From the NCBI RefSeq assembly GCF_009914755.1, contig NC_060927.1: a stretch of 64,000 bases of DNA; one strand, written 5' to 3'. Below the pieces are notes generated by a model. The model searched no databases. It worked only from the letters and a program-made list of their open reading frames with translations, and had not been told where the DNA came from. Below, piece by piece: positions 53,756-64,000 of this stretch. Each line of letters opens with the position of its first letter. Position 1 is the first letter of the stretch. Made by a program: the position numbers and the translations under genes. The stretch is from the human T2T-CHM13v2.0 reference genome, Homo sapiens.

Positions 53756-54184
53756 AGTACTAAACCCAGGCATAAAAAGCTAGGAGTATCATATTCTTGG
53801 TCTGTGCTGTAACTCTATTCTTCATTGTGAGTATAGATGCTATATTCTATTGTGTATAAAATTTGCAGTATTCATGACTGTTATCCCCTTAATATTGGAG
53901 TATTATTTTGGCTGCAACAATTGACACAATCCATCATTTCCATTTCTCTGAATTTTAAAACATTTTTAAATTTTTTTTGCCAATATCCAGAATTTTTCTC
54001 AACTTAATGTTAACTAGATTTTTAAAATAGTGCCTTCTCTTTCTAAAAAATGCTCTCTAAGGGTTTTTGATGTAGGGTTATGACATCTCCAGAAAAAGTG
54101 TACCTTCTCCTATGGGGATGATGTCTATAGGAAATGAAGGCATTCTGCTGTCTGTCCTCGGAGTGTATAAGAAAGCAGACAACA

Positions 54185-54345
54185 CTGAGTTTGAATTCAA
54201 ATTTACTAGCTGTGTGGCCTCGGACAAGTTACTTAACTTCTCTGAGCCCCAATTATTTGATCGTAGGGCAGTTAAATTAAGTAGGGAATGTAGAACACCC
54301 AGCATGGTGCCTGATGTATGCCAGTAGAAGATCTCAATAAATGCT
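54185..54345 (+). mobile_element. MIR
   Basis: tactagctgtgtggcctcggacaagttacttaacttctctgagcccc. Confidence 0.78.
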
Positions 54346-54549
54346 TCTTTTCAAGTGTGACTCCACTTCTCATCTTATGCAAGGAGCTATTACAGCTATG
54401 TGGAAGAATAGCCATTTAGGTATGTAACTAAGATTGTTCAATAAGAATTTACTGACATCCTATTATGTGCCAAGTACAGCACTTTATTAGGGACACAACA
54501 TCTGTAAGGCATGGTGCTTGGCTTCAGTGAACTGATAGTGGAGGATATG

Positions 54550-54730
54550 CTGGGTAGTATTTTCAGTGTTTTGCACATATCATTTCATTTAACCCCCATA
54601 ATAATCCTACGAGATTTTATCCCCATTTTGTAGAGTGGTTAACCAGATCCAAATCATACATCTAGTAAGTAACAGAGTGGGAATTCAAACCTGGGTAATA
54701 TGATTTCAGAGCTATGCTCTTAACCATTTT
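54550..54730 (-). mobile_element. MIR
   Basis: atccccattttgtaga...gggaattcaaacctggg...ctcttaacca. Confidence 0.7.
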
Positions 54731-56039
54731 GCTGGGATAATACCCATGAAAATTAAATATGTACATGCTCCATGATGCAGCAATTCTACCTCCTCCCACT
54801 TCTCCCGCACTTGTGTACAAGACAACATAAGAACCTTCACTGCAGAACCATCTATTATATTGATGAACTAAAACAACACAATGAGGGAATGTACTGAAAA
54901 AATGTGCATTGCATCATAGCATTTATATGATATTTTAGATTCCATTAGGTACATGTATGTATGTAAATACATAAGAAAATTCACCAAATGGATTACCTCT
55001 TGGGAGCTGACTAGGAAAGAAAGTGAGTGATTTATAAGGACCTAGACATTATCTATAATGTTTGAAGGTTTAAAAATGAGACTATATTTGGATATTACTC
55101 ATTCAATTAAAAATTAATATTTTTAATCTCTCCTTAACAAAACTCAGTGAGAAAATCCAAAGGCTGATTTGAAGAATATTCTATGAGCTTAGCACCAGCT
55201 GTGTAACAGTTGGGCACAGGAAATATAACAAGCTGAAAAAAATCAGGATTAGACAACTATAAAACATAGATAGGACCATTACCCTCCAAATGAATCATAC
55301 ACACAGAAAGGTTCCAAGGGGAGATTAACATGTCAGTAAAGAAGGGTTTGACTTCCATGCTCACATTTATACAGACCGGTGTAACAAATTTTATAGAGTC
55401 ACTTCAAAGAAGTTGGTGATGATAGCGATGGAGAACAGGTTTTCCTTGTGCTGAACAATTTTAATAAGCCTCCAAATAACCAGCATTAAACAGTCAGTAT
55501 TAGAAAGAGGAAGGCAGAGCAATCCAGTGGAGGAAATAGCTATCTTGGCTTGAAGAGACCTGGTTTCTATTCCTGGCTTTCCCTCAATTCAGTTACCACC
55601 TGCAGATATATAGAATTTTATACATAAAAGGGGTCTTTTAGAACATATAGCCTTGTTACTTTATAGATGAAGAAACAGAGACATGGGCAGAAGTGGATTT
55701 CCTGGCAGCAAAAGATCCTAAACTAGGATTCCAGCCCTTTCCTGATAACCGCACAGTCTTATGAATGACCCCTCCATTCATGGGTGAAAATGGAGCCACA
55801 TTGACACCAGTCCACACCATGGGAAGCTGTAGGCACTCTGACTTATGCAAGGTCAAGCCTGAACTTTTTATTAAGCAAAACCTACTTTTGAAAGAGACAT
55901 GGGAGAACAAATGCATATACATTAATTTGTTCACTCATACGTTTTATTCTTAAAATATTTTCTATGTACTTACAGAGTATTAAGGGTATGATATATTAAT
56001 AGGCCCTTTTAGAGATCAGAAATAGATTTCCTACCAGGA

Positions 56040-58380
56040 AATAAATCTAGTAGAAAAATATGATGGTTGTGTGTCACTGCAATATTAGCACATGTAAGCA
56101 ATGTAAAAAAACCCATCAATATACAAGAAGGATAATACATTATAGGTAAGTGGGTTTCATCTCAGAAACACAGAGTTGGTTTAATATTTGAAAATGAATC
56201 AATAGAATTCATCACACTAAAGAATAAGGGAGAAAAGCATACTGTCACCACAAGAGTTGCAGAAAAGTTATTTGATAACATTTTAAAACCTAGTCATGTT
56301 AAAACCTCTCAGAATATTGGAAAATAAAACTTCCTGAGTGTCATAAAGCACATCTATGACAAACCTGGAGCTGACACCATATTTTATGGTGAAACAATAA
56401 ACATCTGTTCTGAAGATCAGGAACAAGGTAAAGATTTCTACTATCACTCCATCTTTTCAATAGTGTACTGCATGTTTCAGCCAGTGCAACAGACAAAAAA
56501 AAAATTAGATCAGGAGTGATGTGTCATTACTTACATGCAATATTATTTTGTACTCAGAAAGTCCCATAGAATCTAAAACAAATAAAACTAATAAATAAAT
56601 TAGCAAAGTCACAGGATACCATTTCAATATACAAAAATCAATTGTATTTTTGTTTTTAATAATAATACAAAAATATAATAATTTAAAATAAAAATAAATA
56701 AAATACCTAGGGATAATCTTAGCAAAGCATGTACAAACTATATGGTGAAAACTATAAGTAACTGTTAAGAGAAATTTTTTAAATATTTTAAATAAAAATG
56801 TAACATGTTAAGATGTCAATTTTCCCCACGTTGATAGATTCAGAGCAATCCCAATTAAAATACCAGCAGAATTTTCTGAAGAATTGACCAGTTTATCCTA
56901 ACATTTCTATAAAAAGTCATGTGATCTGTAAGAGCCAAAGCAATTTGAAAAATAAGAATATTGGAGAGCTCAGATTATGTGAATTCATAAATTATGAAAA
57001 TATAGTAATCAAAAAGTGTGATACTGATATAAGGATAGACAAATAGATAAATGGAAAAGGATGGAGTTTAGAAATGAATCTATACAAACACTGTACATTG
57101 ACTATTTTTCAACAAAGGCACTAAAGCAATTCAATATGGAAAAAAGCGTAAAAATATTTTAACAAGTGGCACCGAAACAACTCGATACTTGTGTGTGTGT
57201 GTGTATACTCTCAAATCTTATCCTATAAACAAAATTAATTTGAGATGGATTATAGGCTGAAAGAAAAGCTAGAACTATAAAATGTCAAGGAGAAAACACA
57301 AGAGAATATTTCTGTGGCTTTGGGAAAGACAATTATTTCTTGGGTAAGATACAACATGCAATAAACATAAAAGAAAAAAATAATATATTGGATTAATCAA
57401 AGTTTAACCAAACTTTTTTTCTCTTAAAGGCACTATTAGAAAATGAAAAGGCAGGCCATTGAATCAATATTTGCAAAACAAATATTCATAGCATAGGAAG
57501 AACTACAAATCAATAAAAATACAAACAACCCAATTTTTAAACTTATGGTTGAAGATGTGAACAGATGCTTCATAAAAGAAGATGTATAGTAACCGATAAG
57601 TACATAAAAAGATACCCAACATTATTTAGTCATCAAGGAATATGATTTAAACCACAGTAATATTTCATGCCCACTAAAATGGCTAAAATGAAAAACACTG
57701 ACAATATCAAATGCTGGCATGCATGTAGAGCAACTGGAAATCTCGTTCACTTTTGCAGGGAGTGTCAAATAGTATAACCACTTTAAAAGACTGGAGTTTC
57801 TTATAAAGTTAAATATGCATTTACTATATGACCTAGAAATTTCATTTTTATGTATTTTCCCAAAAGAAACAAAAATATTTGCTCATTTAAAAACCTGTAT
57901 AAGAATCTTCATCTCAGCCTTATTCACAATAGCTAAAAACCGATAATAGCACAAATGTCCATAAAGGGAGAATGAATAAAACATATTTTAGTATATCCAA
58001 ATAATAGAATACTACTTGGGCCACACTATGGATATTTAAAACAACACAGATAAATCTCTAAAACATAATGTTGAGAGAGAGAGTGGCCAAACAAAAAAGA
58101 GTACATTTACATGAACTTCAAGAACATGCAAAACTAATCTATGGGGATAGAAATCTGAGTAGTGGTCATCTTCTTGAGGAAGAAGAGCTTGTAAGGGGAA
58201 AAGGGCATGAAAAGATTTACTTGGGTGATGAAACTATTCTATATATTGTTTTGGGTGATTTTTACCTAAGTGTATATACATGTCAAATGACTATGCATTG
58301 AACATCAAACTGAATCAGTTTGTGCTCCTGGACAAAATTTTTATATGCATATTTACTTCAATTTTTTAAAAAATTGGTTA
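56040..58380 (+). mobile_element. Old L1M (MD/ME-like) ORF2 remnants and 3' UTR
   Basis: aagtgggtttcatctcag...gcagaaaagttatttgataa, aagtcacaggatac, ttcaacaaaggcactaaagcaattcaat, gcaaaactaatctatggggatagaaat. Confidence 0.88.
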
Positions 58381-58539
58381 AAAATGGTTCCCAAAATCCC
58401 AAAGAGGAAAAATTCTATTTCAGGATAAACAACCAACATTTTCACTGTCATCCATGTAAGGCATCTACATTATCCATTCTATTACCAAAATAAAAAATTA
58501 TTCAACATCTTTAGGCAGAGGGTGTGTGTCTGTGATTCT

Positions 58540-58680
58540 TTTATTTTCTCTCCCTCCATCTTTATTCTTTTCCTCCGTTCTTCCTTTATTCCCTCTCCTC
58601 TTTCATTACTCCCCACCCTACTCCTCCTCCTCCTTCTCTCCCTCCTTTCATTTCCACTTCCTTTCCTTCTTTTTCTTTTG
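58540..58680. repeat. CT-rich polypyrimidine low-complexity tract
   Basis: Directly visible. Confidence 0.85.
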
Positions 58681-60117
58681 AGGGTCCCTAGAAAATTGGA
58701 GAAGATTATTTGAACAGTACCATTTCACATAATCCAATTATTTAAATTATATGCATCTATAGCATAATAAACAAATGTTTGCCTATCAAACCTTTCTCCA
58801 TGGGCCTGCACAAGCCTACAACCAAGATACGGTATTTCTGTAACTTCTTTTAACAAGAATCCAGTGAAAAGCCAGATTCAAGAGAAAGTATAATAGCTTT
58901 TGTTTTAGGTCAGTGTATTTCACATAAGCCTCTTTCTGGGTCTGAGTTCTCAACGTTCAAGAAAATAGGATGGGTGCCTGATATCAACTGATTCATTTTC
59001 ACTTGTTAGGTCTCTCTCCTTTGGGCCCCATGGTACTCATTGCTCTGTGATTGGACAAAGTCTTAGATCTCCCACTTGGGCATTGGCTAGCATATGTTAA
59101 GGCATTGAAACTTGGTTCTGGCACTAATCTCTTATCACTGCAGTAGCAATGGAATTGTGCCCACTAAGGTTGGATTCAATGAGTTGACAGAGAGGGAACA
59201 AAAGCTTAAGGGTGCCCATCTACAGCTTCTACACACAAGCAGATATTTTCAGCTCTTGACTTGCCAATAATTGTTCCATCTTTCACAGCACTCTAATTGT
59301 AAAGTAGTATAAAGTAGTCTCTATGTTTCATGAAGGTGGCTTCAGATTTTGCTTAAAAGAATCTTTTTCTTCTGGCAGCTCTACCTTCTTGAATTGGTTT
59401 AGAACACATCAGTTCCATTGTCTGTCTCACACTCATTCCTTGCACAGTTAGGTAAAGCCTGGGCTCTGGAGTTTCTGTTTTGATCGAAGTAGTTATTTGT
59501 TCTCCTAACCGTGCCTTGTGAGGGTGTGTGTGTATGTGTGTGTGTGATGAAAATACAGTCATTTAATTTTGAAGAATTTGTTTGGGTCTCTGCTTATAAA
59601 GACCTCTTCCAGACATTGCTCAGCTAAATCCGTCATCATATATCTGGCTGTATTTATCATCATTATCTCTGCAGCCAAGCCTGATTCTTTCTAATAAACA
59701 AATATTGAGTTAATATAAAATAAAATTTATTGTAAGTTTATTTCTGCACTTGGTCTCATATGCCTGCCTTTCTGAGTTCTCCTCTGACTGAATAACCACT
59801 GAAATCAGAAATATATTTGAGATTTAAGCCAACAGGTATTTTGCTCAGACTGGTTATCCTATTTTCCAAGATTCTCAGTATTTTCTAAATATCTGGCCTC
59901 AAAACACAGGCCAGGAACTTCTGATAATACAATCTGATACAAATAAAAGGAAAATCACCAATATCAAACTTCTGTCTATTAAGTCTATTCAAGTTACCAA
60001 ACATCTTTGGTGTACCCAATATGTGTAGAACCTAGAAAAACATAAACGTGTTTTATGTTTATGGTTTATGTTTATAAAAACATAAACCATGTCTTACATG
60101 GTTTCTACATAGTCATC

Positions 60118-60207
60118 TCTTGAACTCCTGGCCTCAGGCATTCCTCCTGCCTCAGCCTCCCAAAGTGCTAGGATTACATGTATGAGTCATCATACCTGTA
60201 ATCTGGC
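60118..60207 (-). mobile_element. Tail-less Alu 5' fragment (~90 bp) with 12-bp flanking direct repeat
   Basis: tcttgaactcctggcctcaggcattcctcctgcctcagcctcccaaagtgctaggattaca; tagtcatctctt at 60110 and 60208. Confidence 0.88.
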
Positions 60208-60539
60208 TAGTCATCTCTTTCATAGGGATCACATACTCACTCCGTCAAAGTTCAGATGTTTTAAAAAAAGGCGTCACTGTGAATGAGCCAGGAAATCAAA
60301 TATATCATACATTCTAACACTCTGTAGTTGTACAGAATATAATGAATATTTGCTGTTGTCTAGAAGATGGGATGTTCACATCCAGTTTCTGCGCTAAGGT
60401 CCTGGAAGAGAATAGAACACACATGTGGATGGGAAACATGGTAAATAGGTAAAACCTACTGAGAAATGATGGAACCTTAGAAACATTGTCCACAAAAGGA
60501 CTTTCCAAGCATGATCCTTCCTGGCTAACAATAAAAATT

Positions 60540-60755
60540 ATTAATATTTATTGAATGCTTACACTACATAGCAGGCACTATTCTAAAGCTTTATGCCTTA
60601 AAGCATTTGATCCTCCCGTGAGGTAATTGCTGTTGTCCCTATTATACAGATGAACAAAATTAAGCACAGAAAACTTACCCAATGTCACAGAGCTAATAAA
60701 TAGCAAAGCTGGGATTTGACAACCATCAGGTTGTTGAGCTTGTGCTCTTCCCCAT
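60540..60755 (-). mobile_element. MIR
   Basis: atttattgaatgcttacactacatagcaggcactattctaa...tacagatgaacaaaattaagcacaga. Confidence 0.75.
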
Positions 60756-63369
60756 GATGATATATGATTTCATTCATTCAGTGGAATAAGAGGATATATT
60801 TTTATTAATTATTTCTGTTTATAAGACATAATGCTTCAAGTATATACATTAGCATCCCTGACTTACATCATATATACATACCACCTTGGAGCATGTGTCA
60901 AATCTTTGCTTCAAGGATTGTGCAATGAGAGAAAGATTAGAAATCATGTTCTTCTATCCTTCTCATTCTTTAAACAACACCTTATTGAAAGATACTCTGT
61001 GCTAATACTAGTGCAAGATTCTAGTGTTTTAAAAGTGTATTCAAGGAAATTACCCTTTAGGCCAATGCGTATCATATATTTTTAGCATCAAAACTGATTG
61101 TGGGTGCTTTCTTCACTCTAAAAATCTTAAATAGAACCCTGCAATATAAATTAGGTAAACGTGAAGAGTGGGTTCCTGCAGCAGTTTCATCATTCACTGT
61201 TTGGCAGGAAATGCTTCCTTATTTTTAAAGTTCCCAGAACAAGTCAGTGGAGCCCTAGGGTTGGTAAATGTTTGGCTAAACAGTAGGATGCAGTAAAGTG
61301 AGCAATGAACTGGGAACTACTAAAATTGATTAGCTTGACTTTGGGGGGATATTTCTCAGTCTCCCTGAGCCTTATTTTCATTTTAGAGAAAAGATCTGGG
61401 TTCTGGAAATTCTCTAAGGCCTCAGATATGACATTCTACAGTTATAGATAATTGGTGCTGGTTGGCTCCAGGATGGGATGTTCTTTCTAGTGCCCACTTT
61501 CTAAGAAAGGGTCAATGAAAGAAATATTCTGTGGAACAGCAGAGGGAAACCCTGTTACGGCCCTTCATGCCTCTCTACCTCCCATCCTTTCTGCTGCTCA
61601 ACCAGGTATACTCCTAGACTAATTACGTTGTAGAATCCACTGAAAAATCCAATACAATCCTCATTTCTCCTAACAACATAGCAATTTCCAGCAGGTGTTA
61701 GGTGCTTAAAAAAATAAAAGAAAGAGTAAAAACTTCACACCAGATGTAGCCCATATAAATATTACCACACAGGTGCTGGGAAGAGAATAAGTTCTCTAAA
61801 TTATGCAAATAAGTCTTCTTGACAATTCAATTTTTTAGAATAACCATATATATATTTCTTTAGAGATTTTTTATTAATTTAAAAATATCAATGATCCATG
61901 TTTGCAAGTTAATTTACACAATTATATCTTCAAACTTCTCTCAAAGTCTTAAAGCCAAGAGAATTAAAGCTTTGACCATGATTTGTCCTCTGAGAACATA
62001 AGGAGTGAAAAAAGGTTGAATCCATTGCATTGAACAGGTAATGCAAAAGCATCATTTCAATTCCAGCTTCATACTTTCCTGCCATTCAACCCTATCAACA
62101 GATCCATTAATGAAAATAGTTGAGTTGGTTTTCTCCTTTTGTATTTTGTTCTCTATTCTAATGAACTATAATTTAACTACTACCCAAAGACAAGCAGCCC
62201 CAGATAAAAGATAAGAAAACAGAGAAGCACAGATCATCTACATAGAAACTTGGATAAGAAAAGTTGGTTATATTCACAATGAGATAGTGTTTGATATTTA
62301 CTGTAAACACAAGGAGACATGCTTTTATTTTACTTATCATCCATAGTGGCCCTTTTAGAAATTGGCATGAAAGATATCTTAGGTATCATGACATTCTAAA
62401 ACTTTTATAAAAACTTTTAGACATTTTTCTCCCTTGAATGTCATCACACCAGTGAAACATTTGGAAATGATCACTCTCAAATTCTTCCCAAGGTTATGGC
62501 AACTTAAATACTATGAGTGCCTAAACCATTACATAGTGGCTACATAATCTTAGCAGCAAATGGAGCAAAACACACCTAGGAGTTGTGGCTATAAGGCAAT
62601 AACGTTCATTATACAAATCACCAAAATCAATCTTTACAAAATTGCAATTTGACATCAGGCAACTCTCCACAAAGGGATGCAAACACTTTGAGCTTGAACA
62701 ACTCCTTCCCTCTTAAGCAGTGCTTTTAGGAAGCTTTAAAAGAGAAAGAGTAATGTCTGGACTCTGCTCACCAAAATCTGAATCTCTTGGGAATGAGGAC
62801 CAGCTATTTGTATTAAAGTTGAGAATCACTGTCTAACGAAGCTAGTGGAGCTGTGGGAATGATATTATTAGAGTTCAAAAACATTTATTATATTTTTCTT
62901 AACTTATAAAGGACATGTTTACACAAGCCAAATGATGTAAGTGTCAGAAGTCATAAATGAGACCCATGCTAAGAAAGTCCATGCACTGCAGTCTGTCCAA
63001 GAGAATCCTGGTGTATACCTGTTGGTTCAGTGTAATTATAAACAGCACTCCATTTTATTTCTAAAATATGAGAATTTATATGGTAACCTCATCCATGAAG
63101 CTCCCCAAGATAGCCAGCCACAAATCCTGGCTGGGCTCCTTATCTTGTTCTTATGTGATGGCAACTCGCTGTTCCTCAAGATGCTCTTCTCTATTCAATA
63201 CTCATCATTGTAAACCACCTACAGTTGACTTCCTTTTGGCTACTTTTGCAACCCAATCTAGCCTTTTTCCTTTGTCCCTGTTTCAATTACTTTCCCTCAA
63301 ATTTAGCATCTATCTCAGCTACACATTAGAAACTTCTTGAGAGTGGGTGGTGAGTCAGAGAGGGCTAAA

Positions 63370-63492
63370 TATTCCAACACCCAGGCCACACTCCAGGCCA
63401 ATAAAAGTAGAATCTCTGGGGGTGGAACTTATGCATCAGCAATTTTTAAAGGTCCATAAATAATTTGCATTATAGGCAAGATTGAGCACCAA
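63370..63492. mobile_element. MER5-like hAT MITE relic
   Basis: cccaggccacactccaggccaataaaagtagaatctctgggggtgg...caagattgagcacca. Confidence 0.65.
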
Positions 63493-64000
63493 TGGTGTCC
63501 ACAAGATTCCAATAAACAGCTAATGTTGCCAACCACTGAATTACATCCACTGCAGATGACAAGTGTCCCTGGATTCAGTCTATAATTCTGCTGATACCCA
63601 AACGTCTTTAGTTTCTCAACTTTATGCTAGAAAGAATCGCATATGTCAGATTCTGTAGGGAAAACATGCAAAGAGAGGCATTCACCTTACTTAAATAAAT
63701 TGTACTAATACTAACCCAATAGATCATAGGCCAGAAACTAAATAAAATAGAAAATATCAGTGCAAATCCATCCGCAGAATGACTCCATCATTCCACACTA
63801 TTTAAAGTCAGCAATAATCTCCCTCATTCCTTTTTTCTTATCCTCAACAAATCACCTTGTCCTAGGTTTTATCTTATACATACATATGACAACCCCAAAG
63901 TCATTATTTAGACAAACTAAGGCACTTTGGTCTTTAACTGTCATCAGTCAGTCCTTCTGTGTCTGTAAAGTTATGTTGGTGCATCACACAACAAAGCATG

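Overview
AT-rich, CpG-depleted primate genomic DNA, almost certainly human: it carries a near-consensus AluYa5 with a 48-nt A-tail and a perfect TSD. I found no protein-coding exon, RNA gene, CpG island or CRISPR array that I can support. The ORFs I checked against the repeat map are repeat-derived (Alu, L1 ORF2, L2, LTR), and none of the others resembles a protein I recognise. The window reads as intronic or intergenic sequence. It holds about 12 Alu copies or fragments, several old L1s, L2/MIR relics, MaLR/ERVL/ERV1 LTRs, hAT MITEs (MER1B, MER5) and microsatellites. Repeat family names are from memory of consensus sequences, and boundaries of old elements are approximate. I could not identify the locus and see no evidence of a new biological system. 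The most unusual direct observations are: (1) a 186-bp non-tandem copy of half an AluJ plus its unique flank, placed 1.8 kb downstream without retrotransposition hallmarks; (2) a tail-less Alu 5' fragment with a 12-bp TSD, next to a fold-back cluster; (3) a very young AluYa5; (4) an unexplained ~730-bp insert inside an old L1; (5) AT-rich palindromes; (6) a few splice-site-bounded candidate non-coding exons.
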